A stretch of DNA of 64,000 nt from Nanobdellota archaeon (GTDB lineage Archaea; Nanobdellota; Nanobdellia; Pacearchaeales; GW2011-AR1): the NCBI GenBank assembly GCA_038044925.1, contig JBBSZC010000004.1, positions 11,166 to 75,165 on the forward strand. Reading direction: 5' to 3'. The notes below the pieces were generated by a model. That model worked only from the letters and a program-made list of their open reading frames with translations. It made no database searches and was not told the origin of the DNA. Below, one piece after another: positions 27,609 to 37,484 of the stretch (positions are counted from its first letter, which is position 1; every line of letters starts with the position of its first letter). Both the position numbers and the translations under genes were made by a program.

Positions 27609-27878
27609 TTAGTATCTTTTTCTATTCATAAATTTTTTTGCAGATTCTGGGCTCCAAATATAGACTAAGATTCCTTCTTTGCTTACTGCTATCTTGTTTA
27701 TGCTTTGTAAATAATTCAAGATAACTAAATAAGTCTGCCACATAACTTTTTTAGGTAATTTTTTCCATAATTCTGTTCTATTAAATTCTCCACTATATTC
27801 TTCAATAGTTCTCTCTACCATTAAAACTGTTTCTAAAGTCGGGCTTCTTGCTATTGGATTTATTCTTTCTGTTTCCAT
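27609..27878 (-). CDS. winged-helix protein, putative antitoxin
   Basis: SPTLETVLMVE..LWKKLPKKVMWQTY; coupled to the RelE-like gene. Confidence 0.65.
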   Translation of the reverse strand: METERINPIARSPTLETVLMVERTIEEYSGEFNRTELWKKLPKKVMWQTYLVILNYLQSINKIAVSKEGILVYIWSPESAKKFMNRKRY

Positions 27879-27927
27879 AATATATTATATATCAATTGAT
27901 ATATAAATCTTTCGTTTTATGTAGCTA

Positions 27928-27946
27928 ACTTAATCCTAAGGATAAA
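27928..27946 (-). repeat. third copy of the TTAATCCTTAGGATTAAGT palindrome (18/19 match)
   Basis: Abuts the 3' end of tRNA-Arg. Confidence 0.8.
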
Positions 27947-28082
27947 CGCCCCCACGAGGATTTGAACCTCGGTCTCAACCTTCTTACTTTATCTCCTTGA
28001 AATCTAGGAGAGGTAGTGTCAGGAGAACCTTGGTTCTCCCACATCCGCAAGGTCGTGTTCTATCCAACTGAACTATAGGGGC
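27947..28082 (-). tRNA. tRNA-Arg(GCG) with a 63-nt intron at 37/38 (27982-28044)
   Basis: Acceptor GCCCCTA/TGGGGGC, T-arm CGAGG TTCAAAT CCTCG, bulge-helix-bulge (TTGC/GTAA helix). Confidence 0.93.
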
Positions 28083-28141
28083 TGAAAAATTAAATAAAAG
28101 ATAGGATTTAAAGTTTTATAAATTAAGCAAAAATTAAAAAA

Positions 28142-30127
28142 TTACTTTTTTAAAAATTCCTTTATCAATCTATAAACTTCAGGATATTTTTCAGTATTTG
28201 ATAAATCTCTATGGAAATATGAGAAAGTGCTATCTCCACATCCTCCATGAATAATACGATTTTCATAACCCTCTAAAAATGCGCTTGATTCTGTTACAAT
28301 TCCATCTCCTTGTTCTCCAGACATATCACAGCCAGTACCAAATATATTATATACAGGAACTTTTATTTTTTCGCTGTTTTTTAATTTATTAATAAACAAA
28401 CTATCTGCTGCAAGGTCGTTGCATTCTGCTTTTGAACCAAAGACATAACAATAAGTCTTAACTGTCCCTGTTATTCCACTATTTGGGGTGCCTAGAAGGA
28501 TTATTTTATCTATACTATCTTCTCCAAAAATCTGTGCATACCTCCTTGCTACTAAACCTCCCATACTATAACCTACTAAAACAACTTTGCCTCTGTTTGT
28601 TTTGAATTTTACTTCTTCAACAAGCTCCCTCAATCTTATTGCATAAGTATCTATATTATCTGTTTTTGTCTGAACTAAGATTGTCTCTTCTGTATTTTTA
28701 TATAAATCAAAATAATAGCTGCCAGAAAATGTAATTGGTTCTCTTATTAATCCAGACAACCCAAAGAGTTTCTCGTCTTTATCACTTAGCCAGATTATCC
28801 CCCCATTTAAAAAACCCTCTTGTTCTAATTTTTGCTGAATGCCAATAAAAGAATCTAAACTATGTTCTGAAGAAGTTTTTCTATTGAAATCATGTCCGTG
28901 TAAAAATATTACGGGATATAATTGCCTATTATTTTCGCAGGTTTTATCACAACACGCGGAGCAATTTCCTTGAATACAGCATTCTGGATCCGGTTCTTTG
29001 AGTGATGTAAATATATCGATATTTTCTTTTTGAGGAAGCTGTATCTTAATTAAAGTTGAATCATTTATAATTTCTTTTGCAGAACAACATGTATCTGAAA
29101 TAGTTTTTATTTTTTCTTTAATTTCATTTATATCCAAATAAATACTATTCATTCCGTTTATTTTATTCTGAAAAAGTAAAGAAGAATTTTGAATAGAATT
29201 AAATTGTTTTATCAGGGCATCTATATTATTAGAAATTTCTGCTGAAGTTTTTATTTTATTTAAATCTTTTAATTCCTGTTTTATTGACGTTAGATTATCA
29301 ATAAAAAGATTATACTTGTATATTTCACCAATAGTTTTATTAAAATTTATTTTTAAATCGTCTACTGATTTACTAAGAATTAATATGTTTTGGGAGAGAG
29401 CATCACTATATTTCTGCATTTCCCATTGTGATTTCAAACCATTTGCAGTTTTATTAATTTCAAACAAAGAATTGCTTATATTTCCTATTTGTAATTTAAA
29501 ATTTATTATATCTAAAGAATTTATGTTTTTATTTAATTCTAAAATTAGCTTTTCTGATTTTAAGTTTATATTTTCTATGTCGTTAATTAAAGAAGAAAGT
29601 TTTATTTTGGAAGAATCCTTGATTAACTTCTCTTTTTCATTTAAATCGTAGTTTAAAGTTACAATAGTTCTTCTAATAGTGTTCTGCTCTTTTGTATGGC
29701 ATAGTTCTGTCTTTACGCTCCTGCATTTAATATCAAAAGCATATATCTCTTGCCCTTTTCCGTATTTGTCTGTAGTTAGGGAATATTCTTTTGAGACTGG
29801 AATTATTGATTTAGTTTCAAAGCTCCCTAAGTCTATCTGCTCGCCTGTAGCTAAATTATTAAATTCGTAAGAACATACTGAAGTACAAAATGGATTAATA
29901 ATTACATAAGTCTTAAAGTTTATGTTTTGTTTTTCACCATAAGAAAGAAATAAGTTTTCATTATCTACGTTTAATTTTACTACAGTATCTGTTCCCAAAA
30001 GCAGATCTAGATATAAATATAGTTTAGCTCCAAATAAAAAGAGAATTATAACTATAAAAAGAATTATCATAAATATAAAAAAACTCTTCAAAAAGCCCTT
30101 TTTATCTACGTCTCTTTTACTTTTCAT
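28142..30127 (-). CDS. membrane-anchored alpha/beta hydrolase (lipase/PGAP1-like) on a coiled-coil stalk
   Basis: N-terminal TM, coiled coil, FLHG, GYSMGG, GTPN.G, DGIV. Confidence 0.82.
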   Translation of the reverse strand: MKSKRDVDKKGFLKSFFIFMIILFIVIILFLFGAKLYLYLDLLLGTDTVVKLNVDNENLFLSYGEKQNINFKTYVIINPFCTSVCSYEFNNLATGEQIDLGSFETKSIIPVSKEYSLTTDKYGKGQEIYAFDIKCRSVKTELCHTKEQNTIRRTIVTLNYDLNEKEKLIKDSSKIKLSSLINDIENINLKSEKLILELNKNINSLDIINFKLQIGNISNSLFEINKTANGLKSQWEMQKYSDALSQNILILSKSVDDLKINFNKTIGEIYKYNLFIDNLTSIKQELKDLNKIKTSAEISNNIDALIKQFNSIQNSSLLFQNKINGMNSIYLDINEIKEKIKTISDTCCSAKEIINDSTLIKIQLPQKENIDIFTSLKEPDPECCIQGNCSACCDKTCENNRQLYPVIFLHGHDFNRKTSSEHSLDSFIGIQQKLEQEGFLNGGIIWLSDKDEKLFGLSGLIREPITFSGSYYFDLYKNTEETILVQTKTDNIDTYAIRLRELVEEVKFKTNRGKVVLVGYSMGGLVARRYAQIFGEDSIDKIILLGTPNSGITGTVKTYCYVFGSKAECNDLAADSLFINKLKNSEKIKVPVYNIFGTGCDMSGEQGDGIVTESSAFLEGYENRIIHGGCGDSTFSYFHRDLSNTEKYPEVYRLIKEFLKK

Positions 30128-30228
30128 AAAGATAGTAAATATCAAGAATATAAAAAGGTATTGAGAACGCTCCTGCAAAATTCAGTAATTAAAATTCCTG
30201 AAACACAAAATGCGAAGCATTTTGTTGC

Positions 30229-30303
30229 AATCGAACCTGGAACACTAGTTCAATTCCAGAAAAGTATAATTTCGGTTTGCTCAATTATAAAACGCCCCCG
30301 CCA
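30229..30303 (-). repeat. duplicated fragments of the tRNA-Ser 3' end (att-like scars)
   Basis: 30229-30240 equals 31690-31701 and 30292-30303 equals 31676-31687 (12 bp each). Confidence 0.65.
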
Positions 30304-30382
30304 TAAGTTAACAGGGTATAACAACGCCTTCTTTTAATTATTCATTTTGTCGAGGAGAATAGAGTTTTTAAATCTTGTCGAG

Positions 30383-31282
30383 CTAAAACCTAATTCTCTC
30401 TTCTTTCATTAGTTCAATTAAAAATTTAACAAGTGGTCTTAAATCTCCTTTTAATTGTGAAGTTTCAAGAGCATTATAATATTCGTGTTTTCTTTTATTG
30501 GGGATATTTATCATAGGATACCCCTTTTTATGAAGTATAAAATTCATTAATAATCTTCCAACTCTTCCATTTCCATCAACGAAAGGGTGAATTGTTTCAA
30601 AAGCTGAATGAAAATAAGCAGATAAAACCAATGGATGAATCTTATTCTTATTTTTAGTATACCAAGAAAGCAAAGAAGCCATTTCTTTTGAAACTTCCTC
30701 TGGTTTTGGTGGCAACCATTCAGTTCCCCTAATATAAACTTGCAGAGTTCTATATTTTCCTATCTGATTATTTAATTCTGGTTTTAATATATTCTTGACT
30801 ACAATCTCATGTAATTCTAAAATTAAATCCTTAGTAATTTCTTGCCTCGTTTTAAGGATATAATCAAAAGCCTCTTTATGATTAACAATTTCATTTATCT
30901 CTCTCAGAGATTTTCTTGGAGTTATATTTTCAAATAAAAGCTGAGAAGTTTCTTGAAGTGTTAATGTGTTTCCCTCAATATTAGTAGAATCGTAAGTGAA
31001 TAAAGAAACAAAAGATTCATATCTATTTTCCAAATTTGCTTTTGGTTGCTTTGCATATTCTTTTTTTATTTTTTCAATTTCTTCTTTCTCTTTATCTGTT
31101 AATAGAGTATTAAGCAAGTTAAGTTCTCTATCTGCTTTCTTCTCTTCTTCAATTAATTTCTTCTTATCTAAATTTAACCCCAGATAAATTCTTTTTTTTA
31201 TTATATCCTTTCCCTTTCTTATAGAAATAACTCTATAATAATACTTTTTCCCATTTCTTTCTTTTATCTCTGTATAAACCAT
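30383..31282 (-). CDS. Fic family protein
   Basis: HPFVDGNGRVGR; STNIEGN inhibitory-like motif. Confidence 0.93.
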   Translation of the reverse strand: MVYTEIKERNGKKYYYRVISIRKGKDIIKKRIYLGLNLDKKKLIEEEKKADRELNLLNTLLTDKEKEEIEKIKKEYAKQPKANLENRYESFVSLFTYDSTNIEGNTLTLQETSQLLFENITPRKSLREINEIVNHKEAFDYILKTRQEITKDLILELHEIVVKNILKPELNNQIGKYRTLQVYIRGTEWLPPKPEEVSKEMASLLSWYTKNKNKIHPLVLSAYFHSAFETIHPFVDGNGRVGRLLMNFILHKKGYPMINIPNKRKHEYYNALETSQLKGDLRPLVKFLIELMKEERIRF

Positions 31283-31400
31283 AATATTCTATACGTCTAC
31301 GTCATTTAAATATCTTTTGGTGTAGTAGACGTACATGTTCTTAATTGACAAAGATTAAAAGAAGGTCAATATAAATCAATACTAACAGAAAAAGAAATAA

Positions 31401-31619
31401 TTAAAAATCTTCGGCCATGTCTTCATATTCACTTAAGTCTAATTTTCCACTATCAACTTTCTCTCTTAATTTTTTCACCTTTTCAGTTGATTCTTCAATC
31501 TTGTCTTTTCCAATAGAAGAAACAAAAAGATTTAATTCTATTAAATTAAATTCATTATCAACTGCCTTAATTCTTACATCAAGGTTTCTATGATGTATTG
31601 GAATTTTAAGATTAACCAT
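31401..31619 (-). CDS. hypothetical protein
   Basis: About 72-aa ORF below tRNA-Ser. Confidence 0.5.
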   Translation of the reverse strand: MVNLKIPIHHRNLDVRIKAVDNEFNLIELNLFVSSIGKDKIEESTEKVKKLREKVDSGKLDLSEYEDMAEDF

Positions 31620-31676
31620 AGAATACAGAAGCAACCCCCTTATTTAAGAGTTGCTAACTGTAATGAAAACATTACA

Positions 31677-31756
31677 CGCCCCCGCCAGGAATCGAACCTG
31701 GGAGCCCAAAGGGCATGGTTCTCAAGACCATTGCTCTACCACTGAGCGACAGAGGC
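31677..31756 (-). tRNA. tRNA-Ser(TGA)
   Basis: Acceptor GCCTCTG/CGGGGGC, anticodon arm ATGGT CT TGA GA ACCAT, variable arm GCCC TTT GGGC, T-loop TTCGATT. Confidence 0.95.
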
Positions 31757-31815
31757 TTAAAAATAATAAGAGAATTCAGTTTTAAAGGTTTGCCTTTGTA
31801 AAGAATATTAAAATC

Positions 31816-31950
31816 AAAAAAACCCTCTCGTCTTACCACACACTAAAGTGTGTGGTTTGTTCGTTGGGTTTTTAGGATACAGAAAACAACAGATAGTTGC
31901 AAAGCAACTATCTACTGCCTAAAGGCAGTAGTTTAATTTGTTTTCTGTAT
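31816..31950. repeat. branched palindrome cluster with C-TAAA-G loop hairpins
   Basis: ACCACACAC TAAA GTGTGTGGT; 13-bp stem 31877-31889/31938-31950 enclosing two hairpins. Confidence 0.8.
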
Positions 31951-31970
31951 TATATGATTTAGAAAAAAAA

Positions 31971-32501
31971 TTATAATCCGTCTGAAAAATTCTTGTGAGT
32001 CTTTTTTATTACAAATTCCCTTATCCTTTCTGCATCTTCTATTGAAACTGCTGGAATATATCCTTCTGTAGTCCCTCCAAGTCCCCTAGCAGGCATAGAA
32101 TATCCTGCTGTTTGAATATTTATAGATGAAAATCCAAATATCCTTGCTATTACTCCTCTTTGAATATCTACATTTTGGACTCTTTCATAAGGAATATTAG
32201 AATATCTTTTCCAGATTATCCCTCTTTCTAATTTTAAATTAGTATTAGTGAATTCGTAAAACCACCTATTATAAGACATTCTTGCATAAATCTCTCCAAT
32301 AATTATTACTAACAATAAACCGGCTATAGCTAATAAAATAATAAAGATAAAAATAGAGCTCAAATTAGCACTAGTTCTTGTTGCGTTGAAAAACATACTA
32401 ACTCCAAAAAATAATAATAGGATAATTGCAATTATAAATGTAGAATAAAAACTAACTCTGAATAACCATCTTGCTCCTGGATGTAACCTTGTTTTTACCA
32501 T
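31971..32501 (-). CDS. membrane protein with a bacterial PH (bPH_2) domain
   Basis: Two TM helices, RGIIWK..IPYERVQNVDI.RG..IQTAG. Confidence 0.85.
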   Translation of the reverse strand: MVKTRLHPGARWLFRVSFYSTFIIAIILLLFFGVSMFFNATRTSANLSSIFIFIILLAIAGLLLVIIIGEIYARMSYNRWFYEFTNTNLKLERGIIWKRYSNIPYERVQNVDIQRGVIARIFGFSSINIQTAGYSMPARGLGGTTEGYIPAVSIEDAERIREFVIKKTHKNFSDGL

Positions 32502-32556
32502 ATCTATAACTCTAATATATGCTTTAAAAAACTATCTTTTTAATTGAGTTGCAAAA

Positions 32557-32856
32557 TTATAATCCAAAAAGCCTTTTCCACCAAGGTTTTTGGTAGTCAA
32601 TTGTTTTATAGAGATGCCCATTTTCCTCAAAATTATCATAAGTTATCTTAGGTTTTTCCATTTCCTTTTGTCTTTCCTGCTCTTCTTTTCTCTCTTGTTC
32701 AATGATTTCTAAGGCTTTTGAAATTTCAAATCTAGAATAACCCTCGCTTACTAAAGCCCATCTAAGGGTCTCTACAGAATAACCTTTAGCGAGGTTTTTA
32801 TTAATATGCCTTGCTAATTCATTTATCTTATTGGTCCCACGCGGCCTATAATCCAT
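32557..32856 (-). CDS. hypothetical protein
   Basis: NLAKGYS.ETLRWALVSEGYS; C-terminal KPWWKRLF. Confidence 0.75.
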   Translation of the reverse strand: MDYRPRGTNKINELARHINKNLAKGYSVETLRWALVSEGYSRFEISKALEIIEQERKEEQERQKEMEKPKITYDNFEENGHLYKTIDYQKPWWKRLFGL

Positions 32857-32895
32857 ATTAAAAACTGTTTTTAGGAGTTTATAAAAATTTATATC

Positions 32896-34377
32896 TTAGG
32901 ATATTTTAATTGGTTTTTCTATTTTATAGAACTTTATTGCCTCTTTTATCCTTGATTTAGATTCTGCATAAATAGTAAGAATTTTGTCAGATTTTAAGAT
33001 TTTTTCTCCAAGATGATGGTATAAATAAAGCCCTGCTTTTTTATCTACAGGACAGCCTGCAACTAATGCTAAAGAATTTATTTTTTTATTATTTATCTCT
33101 ATTATTTTCCCTGTTTTTTTGGAAAAAATATCTTTAAAATAATTTGATTTTTTTAAGCGTAATAATTTCTCTGGTTTGCCTTCTTGTGCTTTAATTATAT
33201 CTTTAAATTTTTCAAATGCCCTGCCTGAACAGAGAATTTCCTTAGCTAAAATATATCCCTGGCCTTTTTTGGCTTTGCCTGTCATTTCTAAAAGTTGTCC
33301 AGAAAGAAAAAGAGATTTTTCTTCTAAATCTCTAGGGGATTCTTGTTTATTATCTAAAACTCTTACTATATCTATTAATTCCATTATAGGGCCTATACCG
33401 TTTCCTATAGGCTCGTCTCCTTTTGTCAAAACAGCCTTAACATGCTTGTGAAAATATTTTCCTATTTTTTCGAATTTACCCTTAATTTTAAGCGCATTCT
33501 CTTTTGAAACTTTTGCAAATTTGCCATAAGGAATATCAATGAGGATGTAATTGCTGTTTACTGCGAGTTTTTTTGCGAATATGGACGCAATCATCTGGGC
33601 TTCTGGATCTATCTTTAATTGTTTTTCTATCTGAATAATTTTTGAGTCTGCTGGAACTAATTCTAAAGCTCCTCCCCAGACAATACATGCATTTGTTTTT
33701 TTGACTATCTTTTTTATTTGAATTGGAGTGAATTCTACTTTAGCTATTGCTTCTATTACATCTGCTGTTCCTGCTGCAGAAGTTATTGCTCTAGAAGAGT
33801 TTTTAGGCATTGTCAAACCAGCAGAAGCGCAAATAGAAACAATAATGGGAGTTGTTCTATTTCCAGGAATTCCCCCTATGCAATGTTTATCTGCGATTAA
33901 TTTTGATTTAAAATTAAGCTTACTTCCAGAATTAACTATAGCGTTTATCAGGCTTATTGTTTCTGAAAAGTTCATTTTATTTTTATACATTCCTGAAACA
34001 AACAGGGCTATCTCTGATTCAGAAAGAGAATTATCGGCTATATCTTTTATAATTGCATCAATTTGTTTTCTAGAAAGTCTTTTTCCATTTAGCTTATCTT
34101 TTATGAAGTTTAAACTTTCCGGATAGTTTGCAAGATTAACATCTACTTTTTGCCCTTGATAAAGATTTAATCTTTCTTTTATTTCCGAAGAAACTGCTAT
34201 TTCATTTTCTTTTACAAGTTTTCCTACGGTGTCTACAATTGTAAATAGTTCATGAGAATTAATTTTTATTGAAATCCTGTCCCTCAAATGAACTCCTAAT
34301 TTTTCTGCTGTTCCTTCATTAAGCATTGCTACAGGTACTCCTGCAGACCATTTTAAAATTCTTATTTTAAGCTCCAT
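32896..34377 (-). CDS. deoA: AMP phosphorylase (thymidine phosphorylase family)
   Basis: DKHCIGGIPGNRTT, SSRAITSAAGTAD, N-terminal extra domain. Confidence 0.92.
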   Translation of the reverse strand: MELKIRILKWSAGVPVAMLNEGTAEKLGVHLRDRISIKINSHELFTIVDTVGKLVKENEIAVSSEIKERLNLYQGQKVDVNLANYPESLNFIKDKLNGKRLSRKQIDAIIKDIADNSLSESEIALFVSGMYKNKMNFSETISLINAIVNSGSKLNFKSKLIADKHCIGGIPGNRTTPIIVSICASAGLTMPKNSSRAITSAAGTADVIEAIAKVEFTPIQIKKIVKKTNACIVWGGALELVPADSKIIQIEKQLKIDPEAQMIASIFAKKLAVNSNYILIDIPYGKFAKVSKENALKIKGKFEKIGKYFHKHVKAVLTKGDEPIGNGIGPIMELIDIVRVLDNKQESPRDLEEKSLFLSGQLLEMTGKAKKGQGYILAKEILCSGRAFEKFKDIIKAQEGKPEKLLRLKKSNYFKDIFSKKTGKIIEINNKKINSLALVAGCPVDKKAGLYLYHHLGEKILKSDKILTIYAESKSRIKEAIKFYKIEKPIKIS

Positions 34378-34397
34378 CCTATTTAAAAATGAAATTA

Positions 34398-35435
34398 TTA
34401 TTTATTTTCTGGTTCTTGTAAAAGTCCAGGAATTCTTTTTTTCCTGTAAATCTCTAAAACAATTAGAAGATAGGCTAAAATTAATGGTCCTAAAAGAAAT
34501 CCTAATATCCCAAATATAAATAATCCCCCAATCATACCTATTAAGATTATGGAAGAGTGCAGTTTAGTCATTCTAGAAATAAATATTGGCCTTATAAAAT
34601 TATCAATTAAAGAGGCCAAACTTCCAAAGATTAAAACTCCTATTGCTGGAACAAAATTTCCTGCTGCCAGCAAATAAATAAAAACAGGCACCCAAATGAT
34701 AAAAGGCCCTATCATTGGAAGTATTGCTGTACCTATAGTTACTAGTGTAAGCAATAAAGCATTAGGAACTCCAAATGCAAAATACCCTATACCTGCTACA
34801 ATGCCTTGTAGAATTCCAATAATTACTTGCCCATATAGAATTGATTTTGTTATTGCGTTTGTTTGTTCGAAAAATCTCTTTTCTACATCTTTTGAAAATG
34901 GAAGCAAGCTTCTCACATAATCACTGAAATATTCTCCATCCCGTAAAACATAGAACATAACAAAAAAAACTACTAAAACTTGAAGAGAAAGTATAGGTAA
35001 ATTGATTAAAGTATCTGAAAGATATCCTGTAAAACTACTTAGAGTTTTAGAAGCCATTGCAGTAATTACTGAGTTTATCTCTGATGAAACTAAATCTGAT
35101 TCGGCAAGAGAGGGAAATATTTTTATTAATGGGGAAAATAAATCCATTTCTTTTACAGAATTGTATACTGTAAAAACCTGTTTTAAAATTACTGGAAGAA
35201 AAAAGGCAATTGGAATAGTTATTGTTGCTATAAAAATAAATGTAATTAAAAAAGCCGAGACATTTTTATTTTTAATATATTTATTGATGAAGTTTTGAAC
35301 AGGGCTGAAAATAAATGCCAGTAAAATTCCAAATATTATAGATAAAACTAGGGGTTTTATAATAAAAAAAGATAAGACTAATAAACTCCCCAAAATTACG
35401 ACTCCTATAATTCTCTTTAAATATTCTTCTTCCAT
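34398..35435 (-). CDS. AI-2E family transporter
   Basis: Multi-TM, FYVLRDG, IDNFIRP, GG..FG..G..LGP. Confidence 0.9.
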   Translation of the reverse strand: MEEEYLKRIIGVVILGSLLVLSFFIIKPLVLSIIFGILLAFIFSPVQNFINKYIKNKNVSAFLITFIFIATITIPIAFFLPVILKQVFTVYNSVKEMDLFSPLIKIFPSLAESDLVSSEINSVITAMASKTLSSFTGYLSDTLINLPILSLQVLVVFFVMFYVLRDGEYFSDYVRSLLPFSKDVEKRFFEQTNAITKSILYGQVIIGILQGIVAGIGYFAFGVPNALLLTLVTIGTAILPMIGPFIIWVPVFIYLLAAGNFVPAIGVLIFGSLASLIDNFIRPIFISRMTKLHSSIILIGMIGGLFIFGILGFLLGPLILAYLLIVLEIYRKKRIPGLLQEPENK

Positions 35436-35655
35436 TATAAGAGACATCCCCTGGTTTTCTTCTTAGAACTTAAAAATTTCTGGAACTCTAACTCTTGCGA
35501 GTTAAAGTTTATGAAACTTCCCTTGAATTTGTGCTCATGGCTGATTATCATTTTTCTTTATTTAAAGAAGGTTATCTCTATTTATAAAATTTTGTAAGTG
35601 TTAAAAAAATAAATTAAATGAAAAAGTTTATAAGTGAAATTTCAAGAATAGTAAT

Positions 35656-36378
35656 ATGAATTTTATAAAAAAGGTATTTGACAAGAAAGTTGATGAAATT
35701 GTACATATACAATTTAAAAAATTTAGCAGGGGGAAATTTATAGACAAGGCTGTTATAAAAGCAAAAAGAGATGGCAAAGGAAACTTTACTATAATTACGA
35801 CTTATGAGTTTGCTAATGATCTCGTTAGAGATGTTGCAGAAAAATTAGGAAATATTAAAACTAATGTTAAAGGGGTTCTTGTTTCCACAAATGATTTGAC
35901 AGGAGAGCTGGATTTTAATAGCAAGAAGCAATTCATAGGGGTTAAGCAATATAGAATAGATAAAGAAATGACTGGAAATGAAATAATTGGCATTTTAAAC
36001 AAATTTCCAAAAGCTTTTTTTGCCTTGAGTTTTAATGTTGATTCTGGAGGAAATTCAACTGAATTAAAAATAAAAGAAAAGGCTCCAAAGTCTGCTAAAC
36101 CCAGCAATAAGACAGATGAGAAACCTAATCCTGATTTTTGTAAACTTAAAACATCGGATAAAGAACTTGCAGAGAGTTTTGTTTTTGAAAAAATGGATTT
36201 TAAATTAGCAGAGATAAGCCATGATTTTATAATTAAAGAGATAGTAATTCCTGAAGAGCTGAAAAAAGAGAATGACTTTGCAAAGATAAGAGAGTTTTCA
36301 AGAAGAAGGGGGGTTGTGATAAGGAAAGCGATTATTGATGGCAGGGAAATAAGAAGAGAGATTGATTTTGAGGTGTGA
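35656..36378 (+). CDS. conserved hypothetical protein
   Basis: 240-aa ORF with HIQFKKFSRGKF and FCKL motifs. Confidence 0.75.
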   Translation: MNFIKKVFDKKVDEIVHIQFKKFSRGKFIDKAVIKAKRDGKGNFTIITTYEFANDLVRDVAEKLGNIKTNVKGVLVSTNDLTGELDFNSKKQFIGVKQYRIDKEMTGNEIIGILNKFPKAFFALSFNVDSGGNSTELKIKEKAPKSAKPSNKTDEKPNPDFCKLKTSDKELAESFVFEKMDFKLAEISHDFIIKEIVIPEELKKENDFAKIREFSRRRGVVIRKAIIDGREIRREIDFEV

Positions 36379-36403
36379 AGGGGAAGAATGAAGAATTGTT
36401 AAG

Positions 36404-37455
36404 TTAAAGGGAGCTAGGGATGGGTGCATAAATAGCTTTTACAACATTCCTCCTTAACTTAAAGCTATTAGCCCACTTTGCATAGGCGTTCCAACCATTA
36501 AAACTTTCTAATAGTTTTTCCTTACTTAATTCTCCGCTTTTGTGTTGTCTTATTCTGAATATTATATTTCTTAAATTTTTCTTTCTTAACAAGTTATAGT
36601 GATAGAATTTTCTAAACCCTACAAAATCAATTCCTCTTGATAGAGGAATTATTTTAGATTTCTGAGAATGTAGTTCTAGCTTTAATTTTTCTTTCAATAA
36701 TCTGTTTATTTGCTCTTTCCACACTTCTAGTTGTTCCTTAGAATTATGAAGAATAACAAAATCATCTACATATCTAATATAATATCTAGCCCGTAACTTA
36801 TTCTTAACAAACCAATCCAATTCGTGAAGATAAACGTTGGCGAAGAATTGGGAGGTTAGATTGCCGAGAGGCATTCCTTTCTCGCAAAAACTCGTTCGCC
36901 CCCCCCCCCGAACGAGTTCGGGCTGTTATTAAGAATCTGACCAATCAACCAAATAACTTTTTTATCTTTAATCTTTCTGCTTAAAATTTCTATTAAAATC
37001 TTGTAATTAACTTCTTTAAAATAATGCTTTATGTCTGCTTTCAAACAAAAGGAAATTCTGCTATTGTTTTTAGTAACTTTTCTCTGAAATAATTCAAATC
37101 TTTTAAGTGCAAATAAATTCCCCTTTCCTACTCTGTTCGCACAAGAATCATAAATAAAAGATTTGTCAAAAAGTGGCTCAATTATTCTAACAACTGCATG
37201 ATGAACTATTCTATCGGGAAAGGCAGACTTTGAAATTTTGCGGGTTTTTGGGTCTCTTAACACAAAGTTCTTTAGAGGTTCTGGCTTATATGTCTGATTT
37301 TTTAGCTTATCTGACAAGCTGATTAGATTTTTAAATAAATTAGCTTCAAATTCAATAACATAGTTCTTTTTAGTCTTGCCTTTTCTTGCTTTTCTCCAAG
37401 CAAGAATTAAGTTAGACAAATTATAAATCTGCTCATATAAGTTATTAGTTTCCAT
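36404..37455 (-). CDS. DGR reverse transcriptase, split by a frameshift at a G11 tract
   Basis: ORF 36856-37455 (PKTRKI, DRIVHHA, LKADIKHYF) plus ORF 36404-36874 (GMPLGNLTSQFFAN, RYVDDF, GIDFVGF); G12 would give one 350-aa protein. Confidence 0.92.
36889..36918. repeat. 10-bp inverted repeat enclosing the homopolymer (C11 on +, G11 on -)
   Basis: AACTCGTTCG CCCCCCCCCC CGAACGAGTT. Confidence 0.92.
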
Positions 37456-37484
37456 AATAAGTATAAAGTCTTAGGAGTTAGAGC

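Noticed and set aside
35436..35551. 38-codon minus-strand ORF upstream of the AI-2E transporter
   Set aside because: No recognisable features; it overlaps an imperfect palindrome and is more likely non-coding
36404..37455. RT as a group II intron, retron or CRISPR-associated RT
   Set aside because: No maturase/endonuclease extension, msr-msd or cas1; an adjacent TR/VR pair with adenine-only mismatches identifies a DGR
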